From contig CAVOMX010000025.1 of the NCBI GenBank assembly GCA_963697165.1, positions 96,001 through 160,000 of the forward strand: a stretch of DNA of 64,000 nucleotides, read 5' to 3'. This DNA is from Candidatus Bathyarchaeota archaeon. GTDB taxonomy: Archaea; Thermoproteota; Bathyarchaeia; Bathyarchaeales; Bathyarchaeaceae. Every line of letters begins with the position of its first letter. Position 1 is the first letter of the stretch. This document shows positions 11,138-21,030 of this stretch, piece after piece. A program made the position numbers and the translations under genes. A model generated the notes under the pieces. That model was not told where the DNA came from, did no database searches, and saw nothing but the letters and a program-made list of their open reading frames with translations.

Positions 11138-12244
11138 TTATCCTAACTTTCCTATAGCCTCTCCCCTCACGGTCTTCCTGAAAACGCGGCTTTCTCTCAT
11201 CAACCGCTCCATAGTATCGGCGGTTACTTGTTCAACCTGAGGAAAACCTTCAGGAAACAACAGAGCCATCCGCTCACCTAATTCGGGAACAGTACAGTAT
11301 TTCTCAAGCCCAGAGGAGCCCCAATCATTAACCAGCCTAAGCGCTCCCTCTTTACCCAGTCTATTGAATACTTCCGCAAGAACAGAGGTTACTGTCGTGT
11401 CGCCTGAGAGCACCGCAACATCTGATTCCCGCACAGAATAATCGTTGCCGTTAAAGGAGACGGCTAATCCACCGTTCTTTCTTACTAGCTTTAATGCTGG
11501 GGCGTCTGTTATGCTGTCGCCAACATACATTACCCTGTCAAGACTGCAATTCAGCTTCGTAACGATATCCTGCACGGCTCGTGCCTTTTCTGTTCCTCCA
11601 ACAGGATTAACCTCACGTAGCATCCTGCCCGACTCCATCGTGGGGATTTCCTTCCAGAATATTTCATCCAGCATCTCCAACGTTTCTTGGTCTCTCTGCG
11701 AAAACTTGTTTAATGAACTTGCGTTTTTGGGAATTTGAATCATGGGCAACTCCGCTATCTCCTTTCCTAACTCCTTTAGCCTCTTCGTCTCTTCGGCGGG
11801 TATGCCGTATTTGTCCATGTTCAGGCGCGTGCAGTAGGTGTTCTCGAATGGGAAACCCGTCACTGTGCACAGGGCAAAGATATACTGCTCGTAGCTGGTG
11901 CTGACTATAAACGAGGGCATAAGTTTCCTGACGAAAGTGAGCGTGTTTTGGGCTCCATGAACCAGCAGAACGTTTCTGGCAGAAAAATCCTTTATTTTTT
12001 GGTCTGTGGCACCGTAAGCCTTCAGGAAGGGAAGAATCAGCCGCAGGGTGTCTCCAGCCTTGTAGTCTGGCTTTTTGACAACATCAGAGAGAACATCATC
12101 ATATTTGCTTACAAGAGCAAAGAAGCGGTCTCCGTCCGGAACAAAACTGCTTGTCAACTCATAGGCGTTGTCGTTCTTTGAGATGGGTCCCTCACAGTCG
12201 GATACGAAAACATGCGGATTCGTTTGGGACACTTCTGCTGACAT
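11138..12244 (-). CDS. HAD-superfamily phosphohydrolase (COG4030/EhaR-like)
   Basis: Motif I variant DCEGP(ISKNDN), motif II IVSTSY, motif III K (GGTEKA), motif IV YVGDSITD and SFNGN. Confidence 0.85.
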   Translation of the reverse strand: MSAEVSQTNPHVFVSDCEGPISKNDNAYELTSSFVPDGDRFFALVSKYDDVLSDVVKKPDYKAGDTLRLILPFLKAYGATDQKIKDFSARNVLLVHGAQNTLTFVRKLMPSFIVSTSYEQYIFALCTVTGFPFENTYCTRLNMDKYGIPAEETKRLKELGKEIAELPMIQIPKNASSLNKFSQRDQETLEMLDEIFWKEIPTMESGRMLREVNPVGGTEKARAVQDIVTKLNCSLDRVMYVGDSITDAPALKLVRKNGGLAVSFNGNDYSVRESDVAVLSGDTTVTSVLAEVFNRLGKEGALRLVNDWGSSGLEKYCTVPELGERMALLFPEGFPQVEQVTADTMERLMRESRVFRKTVRGEAIGKLG

Positions 12245-13647
12245 CAGCGCCCCCTCAATTCTTCCATATGCTTCACGCTTTTATCGATATGCACCTTCAC
12301 TGCGATGTCGTTTCGGTTCCAGAGTGCCCCGCCTTTAATCGCAACTATGCCCTCAAGAGACTTTTCTCTTGCCTCATTGATGTCGTCGCCTATGCCCACA
12401 ACGGCGACTGTGCGAGAGCCAAGGGCAAAGTTTTCTCCATCCCGAAGTTCCATTGACCCCGGATACACCCGGATGCTGTTCTTTTTGAGAAGCTTATCTG
12501 CTCCACTCAAATCCACGGCAGTATCAATCTCGGTCTTGTTTATGCGGTCGGGAAACTTTGTTGCGTAGCCGCCGTAGTCTGGCGGAACCTTATAGGTCAC
12601 AACTGTTGCCTGCTTCCTGAAGTTGACTTTTCTGAGGCTTCCATCTATCATGTCGTAGCATACATCAATGAAATCGTCTTCTAGGATGGGCAGCAGATTC
12701 ATTATTTCTGGGTCTCCAGGTCTGCTGTTGACCTCCAAAATTTTGGGTCCCTTGCTTGTGTGAATAAAGGCGGCGTAGAAGGGGACTCCCTGCAGTTCGG
12801 GGTTGCTGCCTTTTCCTTTCAGTTCTTCAAATACTCTGTTTACGAGCTCGATTTCTTTTGCACGGTCCATCGAATTCATGAATGGCAGTATGTTTCCAGC
12901 ATTTTTGTAGGCGCCCATGCCTCCGGTGTTGGGTCCTTTATCGTCGTCGAAGGCTCGTTTGTAGTCTCTGGTTTCGGGCAGGGGAACCAAACGTTTTCCG
13001 TCACAGAAGGCTTGGAAGCTGGATTCTTCGCCCAAAACCTTCTCTTCGATTATGACTGGACCATGTTCATAATTTGAGATGAAATGCTCAAAAACCTCTT
13101 CGGGCGTGTTGAAGTGGTCTCCCCATACTCCGACTCCCTTTCCTGCAGTTGCCTTGTCGGGTTTCACTGCTACTTGGTTGTCGAGTTCTTTTAGCCAAGC
13201 ATACACATTCTTCTTAACCTGTGTTGTGCTGCTGTAGTCTTTGGGGTCGAAAACCTTGAATTGTGGATTAACTTCGGGTGCAACCTTCTGGAATAGTTGG
13301 CGTTGAGCTATTTTGCTTGCTTCGATAGCGTATCTTTTGGTTGGGCAAATTATCGGTATTTTTGTTTCTTTTTCGATGACATCTCGCACGCCCGCAATAA
13401 TCGGTTTTTCTGGACCAACAATACCGAAGTCTATGCTGTCTCTATATTTTTTGGCGAACTTTGCGATTTCCGTCAGGTTGAAGTCTGAGATAACAGTGTG
13501 CTTCTCGGCATGTTTCACGTTGAAGGGGTTATTCTGTTTATCAACAACGTAGAATTTTGGGGTATATTCTTCGCTGCGGACAAAAGCGTCTATCATGGCG
13601 GCTGCTCTTGAGCCATACGAAACTACGAGGATGCCAACTTTCTCCAT
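12244..13647 (-). CDS. purD: Phosphoribosylamine-glycine ligase
   Basis: VGPEKP, IEASK, GKGV, IEEK..GEE, DYKRAFDDDKGPNTGGMG and EVNSRPGDPE. Confidence 0.95.
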   Translation of the reverse strand: MEKVGILVVSYGSRAAAMIDAFVRSEEYTPKFYVVDKQNNPFNVKHAEKHTVISDFNLTEIAKFAKKYRDSIDFGIVGPEKPIIAGVRDVIEKETKIPIICPTKRYAIEASKIAQRQLFQKVAPEVNPQFKVFDPKDYSSTTQVKKNVYAWLKELDNQVAVKPDKATAGKGVGVWGDHFNTPEEVFEHFISNYEHGPVIIEEKVLGEESSFQAFCDGKRLVPLPETRDYKRAFDDDKGPNTGGMGAYKNAGNILPFMNSMDRAKEIELVNRVFEELKGKGSNPELQGVPFYAAFIHTSKGPKILEVNSRPGDPEIMNLLPILEDDFIDVCYDMIDGSLRKVNFRKQATVVTYKVPPDYGGYATKFPDRINKTEIDTAVDLSGADKLLKKNSIRVYPGSMELRDGENFALGSRTVAVVGIGDDINEAREKSLEGIVAIKGGALWNRNDIAVKVHIDKSVKHMEELRGR

Positions 13648-13685
13648 CAGGGCTCACCATAACATGTCTGAATACAAACGTATGG

Positions 13686-15173
13686 TTAGTTTATGGAATT
13701 TTCGTATATTCTTCCTTTTTCGTTGTATCCGTTCTCGAATCTTTCCTTCATTTCGTCAGCCAACTTCTGGGCCATTGGCGTGGGATACTTGCCTGTGATG
13801 CAACCCAAACACAGGTCCTCTTTGTCTAAGCCCGTGGCTCTGACGAGCCCATCAACTGACTGGTAATTCACTGCGTCCGCGCCCACTATCTCGGCTATCT
13901 CCTCTGCATCATGCTGTGAACCTATCAGTTCCCTGTAGGTTGCCATGTCTACTCCATAGAAGCATGGACCAATAATTCTGGGGAACGTAATGAAAAGATA
14001 GACCTTGTTTGCGCCCATTTTGCGCAGCTTGTTAACCACAACTTTGGTGGTGTCGCCTCTGACTATGCTGTCATCCACCACAGCAACATTTTTTCCCGCC
14101 AGCTTATGGTCAACAATATTGATTTTCCTGTCTATCGTGCTGTATCGTTGATCTGAGAGCAGAATAAAGGCACGTTCAGCCACGTATCTGTGTCGTCTAG
14201 AGGCTCTTTCCCATCGTATGCCTGTTAACTCGTGGTACCCATAGGCCGCATCGTTGCCTGTTTCGGGCATCGACATAATCATGTCCACTTTGCTTGTGGT
14301 TTCGGGGTATTCCCACGCAAAGTTTCTTCCAAACGCTTCTCGGACCTCATAGACGTACCTGTTTCCCAGCATCGAGTCTGGCCTTGCAAAGTAGGCAAAC
14401 TCGAAGGCACAAAGTGCCTTTCTTTCTCCAGTGCACAATTGTTTTCTTGTGAAGCCATCTTTTGAGGAGACCACAAGCTCTCCGGGGTTCACCTCGAAAC
14501 TGAAGTCTAAACTGTTAATGTCTAGCCCCACGGATTCTGAGGATACCGCACAGGTTGTCCCGTTTTTGCTGCAGCCACAGCAGAGGGGTCTTATTCCTTG
14601 GGGGTCTCTGAATGCGAACAGTTCTCCTTTGTCTGTTAGTCCAGCCACAGAGAATGCGCCTTCGATTTCTTTCATGCACCGTTTTACGGAGGAGGCTAGG
14701 TCGCCGTCTTTTCCTTGTCTTAATAGTTTTCTTGAGATCAGTTCTGCGTCGTAGTTGAATCGGAAGTTCGGGTATTCTTCTCTTATCTCTTTTACTATGT
14801 CAGGAGTGTTGACGACGTTGCCGTTGAAGGCGATTGCTATCTGTTTTTCTCCTCGTTTCTCCAGTATTGGCTGGGTGCTTTTTACAAGTGATTCGTGATC
14901 TGTTCCGCCAGATGTGGAGTATCTGACGTGTCCTAATCCAACGGATCCGGGCAGTTCTGTTAGCCACTTTTCGATGTCTTCCTTTTGTATTTTCGGAACA
15001 AGATCTAGACCTTTTTTGCTGTGGAATGTTCCGTCAAAGGTGAGGAAGCCGTGGGATTGGTGTCCGCGATGGTTTTGGGCTCGTAGTCCCCAGTAGACGT
15101 ATGGGAACACTGACTTTTGTGTAAAGTCTTGTGCTGCGAAAACCCCGCATGCTTCTTTTAACTGTTCGAGCAT
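13686..15173 (-). CDS. purF: Amidophosphoribosyltransferase
   Basis: Propeptide followed by EACGVF (N-terminal Cys), GHVRYST, CAFEFAYFARPDS, VDDSIVRGDT, PCFYGVD and CLGC. Confidence 0.96.
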   Translation of the reverse strand: MLEQLKEACGVFAAQDFTQKSVFPYVYWGLRAQNHRGHQSHGFLTFDGTFHSKKGLDLVPKIQKEDIEKWLTELPGSVGLGHVRYSTSGGTDHESLVKSTQPILEKRGEKQIAIAFNGNVVNTPDIVKEIREEYPNFRFNYDAELISRKLLRQGKDGDLASSVKRCMKEIEGAFSVAGLTDKGELFAFRDPQGIRPLCCGCSKNGTTCAVSSESVGLDINSLDFSFEVNPGELVVSSKDGFTRKQLCTGERKALCAFEFAYFARPDSMLGNRYVYEVREAFGRNFAWEYPETTSKVDMIMSMPETGNDAAYGYHELTGIRWERASRRHRYVAERAFILLSDQRYSTIDRKINIVDHKLAGKNVAVVDDSIVRGDTTKVVVNKLRKMGANKVYLFITFPRIIGPCFYGVDMATYRELIGSQHDAEEIAEIVGADAVNYQSVDGLVRATGLDKEDLCLGCITGKYPTPMAQKLADEMKERFENGYNEKGRIYENSIN

Positions 15174-15387
15174 ATTTTCCACTATTGAGGTGTCCTATTT
15201 ATCAAGCTTTACTACAATTTTAAGGCAAAATGGGATGGGCATTAAGTTGTTGTTCTTTTTGTGTTGGGGAATTGTTTGCATCGGAGATGGGGCGATTTGG
15301 TAAGATTTTGTTGTTGCGGTTTTGTTGCCCGTATTATCGTAAGGTATATATGAATTATCGCGATTAGCCTTTCGTCAAGGTGTTTTC

Positions 15388-16599
15388 ATGCGGAACATAC
15401 TTGTTAACGGTTCGAAACAGGCGCCTCTTGAGAAGCAACCCATCGAGATTGTTGAACGCAAGGGTGTCGGTCATCCTGACTCTATGTGTGATGCCATAAT
15501 GGATCAGGTTTCAGTGGAACTAAGCAAAGCGTACCTGAAGGAGTTCGGGACGATTTTGCATCATAATACTGACAAGTCGCTGCTGGTTGCCGGCGATGTT
15601 GAGTGCAAGTTTGAAGGCGGAGTTGTAAATGAGCCTATGCTTCTTATTTTCGGCGACAGGGCAACCTTTGAAGCTGACGGAAAAACTATTCCTGTTAACG
15701 AAATTGCTATCCAAACGGCTAAGGATTGGTTGAAGGAGAATCTTCGGTTTGTTGATCCTGAAAAGCACATGAAGTATCAAGTGGAGATTAGGCATGGTTC
15801 TCAGGGACTAACTGACATCTTCAAGAGAGAAACCTGCATGTTTGGCGCTAACGACACTTCTGCTGCTGTGGGCTATGCGCCATTAACTCGTACAGAGAAT
15901 ATGGTTCTAACGACTGAACGTTACGTGAACTCTAAAGAATTCAAGAAACGGTTTCCTGCAAGCGGCGAAGACGTAAAAGTCATGGGCTACAAGAATGGAA
16001 ATGTCCTGAATCTGACTATTGGTATGGCTTTTGTTGACCGCTTTGTTACTGACGTTAAAGATTACATGCGCAAAAAAGCTGAAATTCACGCGGATGTGCA
16101 GGAGTGGATTGACAAGAAGAGCACATTTGACAAGGTCAACGTTTTTATTAACACTTTGGATGTTGAAGACCGTGGCGTAGACGGCATCTTTTTGACTGTC
16201 CTGGGTACATGCGCTGATGGCGCTGATTCTGGTCAGGTAGGAAGAGGAAACAAAGTCAACGGTGTTATTTCGTTGAATCGGCCTATCGGCACAGAAGCGG
16301 CTGCGGGAAAGAATCCAGTCAGCCACGTCGGAAAAATCTACAACGCATTAACACACCAAATTGCAAGAAAGATATGCGACGAAGTTCCTGAAGTTGCAGA
16401 AACTTGTGTTTGGCTTCTTAGTCAGATTGGTGTACCGATTGATCAGCCCGCTATCGCCGCTGCGCAGGTAGTCATGAACAACGGAGCCACTCTCGACAAC
16501 AAAGTGCAGGCTAGAATAACAGAAGTAATCGACGCTGAACTGGCAAACATAGAGGACTTCTGCAAACAATTAACCTACGGAAAAATCTCAGTCTGGTAG
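15388..16599 (+). CDS. mat: Archaeal S-adenosylmethionine synthetase
   Basis: EIVERKGVGHPD, ANDTS, GEDVKVMG, GQVGRGN and AGKNPVSHVGKIYN. Confidence 0.96.
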   Translation: MRNILVNGSKQAPLEKQPIEIVERKGVGHPDSMCDAIMDQVSVELSKAYLKEFGTILHHNTDKSLLVAGDVECKFEGGVVNEPMLLIFGDRATFEADGKTIPVNEIAIQTAKDWLKENLRFVDPEKHMKYQVEIRHGSQGLTDIFKRETCMFGANDTSAAVGYAPLTRTENMVLTTERYVNSKEFKKRFPASGEDVKVMGYKNGNVLNLTIGMAFVDRFVTDVKDYMRKKAEIHADVQEWIDKKSTFDKVNVFINTLDVEDRGVDGIFLTVLGTCADGADSGQVGRGNKVNGVISLNRPIGTEAAAGKNPVSHVGKIYNALTHQIARKICDEVPEVAETCVWLLSQIGVPIDQPAIAAAQVVMNNGATLDNKVQARITEVIDAELANIEDFCKQLTYGKISVW

Positions 16600-16873
16600 T
16601 TTTTTGCTAATTCTGTAAGGTGGCGATGTTTTTTGCCTAGTCTCGATTGTTTAGAAGAGGATTTTCTCGTACTAAAACCTCCGAAATGAAAGAATAATTA
16701 CTAGTACATAGTGCGCTAATAAATTCTACCAATGCAAGCCCGTTTTGTTAGGAACTTATAACATGTATTTTAACTGTAGATTTCTGTTACGTATTATTGG
16801 TTTGTTGTTCTAAACTAGATAACAAGTCATATATATTATTACTTGAGACATAAAACTTAAGGTGAGATGAATT

Positions 16874-17527
16874 TTGCCAAGCCCAGGTCAAGAACTATCA
16901 AGCATCGATTTCGAATCAATGATCGGCGGTCCATTAGTAGCAGTTATCAATGCACAAGCCCAAGCAGCAATGTCAACAGTCAATTTCATAAAAGAAGTAG
17001 GCTTTAAAAAACCAAGTACCGAAGAAAACGCAGGTGGAGACACCACTACTGAAGAGCCAATCTATGTTACCTTCAAATATCCAAAAGAGCTTAGTCCATA
17101 CGTCCCTGCTATACCCGGAGATCCATTAGCAACACCACCCATACCTCCAACAGATGCAATACCCGCAGAATATGAAACACAAGAACTTCAAGTGCCCATC
17201 TTGACACTTCTTCCTATTCCATTCATACGGATAGAAGAAACAACAATAGACTTCAACGCAAAAATAAATTCTGTTGAATACAGAAAAACCAACACAAGCC
17301 TCAAAGTTGACGCTTCACTAGAAGCAAAAGCAGGCTGGCTATGGGGCTCAGCCAAACTAAAAGTATCAACATCATTCCAACGAACAACCCAACAAGGTAA
17401 CTCAGTCAATAGAACCTACTCATTAGCAATACATGTAAAAGCAGTTCAAGATGAAATGCCCGCAGGAATGGAAAAAATGCTAGGCATCCTTGAAAGTGCC
17501 ATAACCTCGACTCCAGCAAGCTCATAA
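16874..17527 (+). CDS. DUF2589-family protein
   Basis: DFESMIGGPLVAVINAQAQAA..TVNFIKEVGF, VPILTLLPIPFIRIEE..IDFNAKI and YSLAIHVKAVQDEMPAGMEKML match the recalled DUF2589 pattern; GGTGA RBS upstream. Confidence 0.75.
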   Translation: MPSPGQELSSIDFESMIGGPLVAVINAQAQAAMSTVNFIKEVGFKKPSTEENAGGDTTTEEPIYVTFKYPKELSPYVPAIPGDPLATPPIPPTDAIPAEYETQELQVPILTLLPIPFIRIEETTIDFNAKINSVEYRKTNTSLKVDASLEAKAGWLWGSAKLKVSTSFQRTTQQGNSVNRTYSLAIHVKAVQDEMPAGMEKMLGILESAITSTPASS

Positions 17528-17586
17528 CCTAATTCAAAGATGAACAAATAACACTCCACCTTTTTTTGTTATAATGGAGGAAAAAA

Positions 17587-18273
17587 ATGCCCAATCTTGG
17601 AGATTTTATCGGCCATCTATTAGCTGAATTCACAATCGCAAGAATGCAAGCTGACGTAGAATCAGTAAGAGTAGCCGAACTCTATTCAAACCATCCACTA
17701 TTAAAAAACATGCCAATTCCTCATTTTCGTTTACCTTCAGTAGAATTGGATATACCAGTTGCAATTAAAGAAATTCAAGAACAACCAAACATGACACCCC
17801 GAGGGGCACCGACCCTTGAAGAAACAAGAAAAGCATTTGCCAACACACTCGCAAAAACACTAAGTGAAGAAAAAATACGTCTAACACCAGAACAAAATAA
17901 AAAACTAACAACAGCGCTAAATAGAACAATTAGGTCCTTAACTCAACCACCCGAAGTAGCCGTTGACATCAATAGAATTGCGAATGAACTAGCTAACACT
18001 GCATCCAAAACACTAGCAGGACCAACTGGACCAGTAGACACAAAGATACAAGAGAAATTAGAAACAAAACTAAAAGAATATGCACGAATAGAATTTATTA
18101 ACCTTCGTAAACCACCCTCACGATTACAAGTTTTAGTCACCACTTCAGAAATCCGTGAAGCAGGACCAAGCGAGGTTATTACTAAAATACACTTGAAGCT
18201 CACCGAAGAAGCCTTTGAATGGACATCATATGAATCAGATGGAAAGAAGCAAGATCGACTAATTATCGAGTAG
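17587..18273 (+). CDS. Hypothetical protein, possibly a distant DUF2589-like partner
   Basis: GGAGG RBS. N-terminal helix LGDFIGHLLAEFTIARMQAD, then PIPHFRLPSVELDIPV echoes PIPFIRIEETTIDF of the preceding gene. Confidence 0.7.
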   Translation: MPNLGDFIGHLLAEFTIARMQADVESVRVAELYSNHPLLKNMPIPHFRLPSVELDIPVAIKEIQEQPNMTPRGAPTLEETRKAFANTLAKTLSEEKIRLTPEQNKKLTTALNRTIRSLTQPPEVAVDINRIANELANTASKTLAGPTGPVDTKIQEKLETKLKEYARIEFINLRKPPSRLQVLVTTSEIREAGPSEVITKIHLKLTEEAFEWTSYESDGKKQDRLIIE

Positions 18274-18280
18274 ATATAAA

Positions 18281-18850
18281 ATGTTGCGCATTCTAAATCT
18301 GGAAGAAATCCAGAAAATGCTTTTGCGCACCTCAGATTTAATTGACCTAAACGTACAATATAATCTCAACTTCATTCTCGATGTAAAAGACTGGTTATCA
18401 GAACTTGAGAAAATCCTCAAGAACAACAACATGCCAATATCCGCTAATATCGCTTCAATGCGCGGATTAATAATCTCTACTGAACGTGGAAATATACCAA
18501 TAGGCATCGAATTTAAAGGTCGAGCAACTAGTCGAAAAATTCGAGAAGCAACTTCAAGCAAAATAATTCATCAGGCAGTTGATCTAATTTCGAACGCTAT
18601 TCAGAAGGATGTAGAACGAGTCAAGGAAGCAGAACGCATAACAAGGCAACTAGTTGCAATAGCAAAAAGTAAGGGTTATATCAAGAAAATTCTAAGCCAA
18701 GACAATTATACAGAACAACTGAAAGCATTCTGGCAAAAAATGGCTAATGACCAAGTTTTATCACAGGGGATAATTAGTGTGGAAGGGCTTGTTGGTCCAC
18801 AGGATGCGCTTGTTATTTTAGATCGTACAATAACCGCGGATTTAAGTTAG
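18281..18850 (+). CDS. Hypothetical all-alpha protein
   Basis: 189-aa ORF 7 nt after the previous stop; same AT-rich composition. Confidence 0.65.
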   Translation: MLRILNLEEIQKMLLRTSDLIDLNVQYNLNFILDVKDWLSELEKILKNNNMPISANIASMRGLIISTERGNIPIGIEFKGRATSRKIREATSSKIIHQAVDLISNAIQKDVERVKEAERITRQLVAIAKSKGYIKKILSQDNYTEQLKAFWQKMANDQVLSQGIISVEGLVGPQDALVILDRTITADLS

Positions 18851-18898
18851 AGATTCATGTCCAATTACGCTTATATGTGCAATTTACAGCAATCAGAA

Positions 18899-19198
18899 TT
18901 AATCCAATAAAGATATTTTCCCTCTGTGCTGAATATTTTGGTCAGCAAATCCGGTGTTACTTTTTTTGTTTTTTGTTGTTTCTTCCGCTTTTTTGAGTGC
19001 TTCAGGTAGCTTCTCGACTTGTGTTCCTCCGCCTTGTGCTAAGTCTAGTCTTCCGCTGTCTTCGCCTCCGAGGACGTTTGAGGCGTCTTTGGCGATTATG
19101 CTAGAGTTAATTCCTTGTCTTCTTGCCTGTTTTCCAGCCATTACCACGATTCTTGCGGTTTTCTGGTTAGAACCATAAAAAACCGTAACAAAAGAGAA
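18899..19198 (-). pseudogene. Relic C-Ala (DHHA1) domain of a full-length alanyl-tRNA synthetase
   Basis: Frame reads SFVTVFYGSNQKTARIVVMAGKQA..GINSSIIAKDASNVLGGEDSGRLDLAQGGG..EKLPEAL, a degenerate GGGGxG..AQGGG motif. No convincing start; lies just downstream of alaS. Confidence 0.75.
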
Positions 19199-19221
19199 AC
19201 AAACAGAAAAAGCCTGAAGAA

Positions 19222-21030
19222 TTATTGTTGGAGCTTTGCCTCTTCTGGGTTCTTTTTAAGTACCGCTCGTATTCTTCTGACGCCGGATGCGATGCCTTTT
19301 TCTTTTGTTATTTTGAAAAACCCTAATTCAATTGTGTTACCTACATGAGGTCCACCGCAAATCTCTGTCGCGAAATTGCCGATTTTATAAACTGATACAG
19401 TATTACCGTATTTGTCATCAAACACTGCTTGCGCACCACATGTTTTTGCTTCTTCAACAGTCATTTCTTCTCTAACCACTATCAAAGCTTTCTTAATTTG
19501 TTCGTTAACCAATTTTTCAATTGCATCTAGTTCTTTAGCATTCAGAGGTCTATCGAAATTAAAGTCAAAACGCAACCGCTCTGGAGTAATATTCGATCCT
19601 CTTTGAACAATATCCCTATTTTTTAAGACCACCCGCAAGGCTTCATTTAGCAGATGCGTTGCTGTATGAAGTTTTTTAGTTTCATTAGATGCGTCACTCA
19701 AACCGCCTTTGAACAGCTTGGCTGCGCTTGCAGATGAAACTTTTTGATGGCTTTCATATTCAGTCCTGAACTCCTCCTCGTCAACTTCAATACCAATCTC
19801 TGCAGCAAGTTCTTTTGTCAACTCAATAGGAAACCCGAAGCTCTGAAACAACAAGAATGCATGTTTTCCGTCGATTCTTGAACCATTTTTTGCTATTTGG
19901 TTGAATTTTCTCAAACCTTTTTCGAGAGTTTTCTTAAACTTGGCTTCTTCTTTACTCAGCTCGTCAAATATGCTAGTTTGTTTCTTTCTAAGCTGGGGAT
20001 ACTCGGACTCATTAAGCGTTATGACAATCTCAGCAATATCGTTCAAGAAATCTTTTTCAATTCCAATTAATCGCCCAAATCTTATTGCACGCCTGATTAA
20101 CCGACGTAAAACATACCCTCGATCGACATTGCTTGGCTTAACTCCTCGTTCGTCACCCAAAAAAAATGTTGAAGCACGAATATGATCAGTGATAATTCGG
20201 ATAGATCGTTCTTGAACAGGAGTTGGCAAACTAATTGAAGCAAGCTCCTCCACTTTCTGTGCTATTGGCCGAATTGTGGCAATCCCAAACACGTTTTTCT
20301 TCCCTTCAAGCATTGCGGCAGTATGCTCAACACCCATTCCAGTATCAACGTTCTTCTGTTTTAAGAGCTCATAACAACCTGAAACAGTTTTGTTATACTC
20401 CATAAAAACGTCGTTCCAGAGCTCAAAATATTTACCACATGAACAACCAGGTCTACAGGATGGACCGCAGGCAGGTTTTCCAGTATCATAGAACATTTCA
20501 GTACAAGGTCCACAAGGTCCTGTGTTACCAACTGGACCCCACCAATTATCTTCCTTTGACAAAAAAAAGATGTGATCATCGGGAACACCTAAAACGCTCC
20601 ATGACTCATAACTCTCAGTGTCTCTTGGAGCATTTTTGTCTCCCGCAAACACGGTCACAAACAACCGTTTTTTGTCCAAGTTAAGCCACCTCTTGTTTGT
20701 GAGAAACTCGTAGCTTAAGTTGATGGCTTGTTTTTTGAAATAATCACCTAGAGACCAGTTACCCAACATTTCAAAAAAAGTTAAGTGTGAATCATCTCCA
20801 ACACATTCGATGTCCCCAGTCCTAAAACATTTTTGAACATTCACAAGTTTCTTTCCAAGCGGATGAGACTGCCCCAAAAAGTAGGGTACAAGGGGATGCA
20901 TACCCGCCGGAGTGAAAAGAACTGTTGGATCATATTCTGGAATAAGAGGAGAATTTGGAATTAAATGATGCTGGTTTTCACTAAAGAACTTCAAATACAG
21001 TTTTTTTAGCTTTTTAGAATCTATGACCAT
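19222..21030 (-). CDS. alaS: Alanyl-tRNA synthetase, short bacterial-like form without C-Ala
   Basis: DPTVLFTPAGMHPL, QKCFRTGDI, FFEMLGNWS, GPCGPCTE, VDTGMG, DHIR, editing HTATH and CGGPH; ends after GVRRIRA. Confidence 0.95.
   Translation of the reverse strand: MVIDSKKLKKLYLKFFSENQHHLIPNSPLIPEYDPTVLFTPAGMHPLVPYFLGQSHPLGKKLVNVQKCFRTGDIECVGDDSHLTFFEMLGNWSLGDYFKKQAINLSYEFLTNKRWLNLDKKRLFVTVFAGDKNAPRDTESYESWSVLGVPDDHIFFLSKEDNWWGPVGNTGPCGPCTEMFYDTGKPACGPSCRPGCSCGKYFELWNDVFMEYNKTVSGCYELLKQKNVDTGMGVEHTAAMLEGKKNVFGIATIRPIAQKVEELASISLPTPVQERSIRIITDHIRASTFFLGDERGVKPSNVDRGYVLRRLIRRAIRFGRLIGIEKDFLNDIAEIVITLNESEYPQLRKKQTSIFDELSKEEAKFKKTLEKGLRKFNQIAKNGSRIDGKHAFLLFQSFGFPIELTKELAAEIGIEVDEEEFRTEYESHQKVSSASAAKLFKGGLSDASNETKKLHTATHLLNEALRVVLKNRDIVQRGSNITPERLRFDFNFDRPLNAKELDAIEKLVNEQIKKALIVVREEMTVEEAKTCGAQAVFDDKYGNTVSVYKIGNFATEICGGPHVGNTIELGFFKITKEKGIASGVRRIRAVLKKNPEEAKLQQ

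Noticed and set aside
11138..12244. Energy-converting hydrogenase subunit
   Set aside because: No hydrogenase or antiporter-like genes nearby; the motifs are those of a HAD hydrolase.
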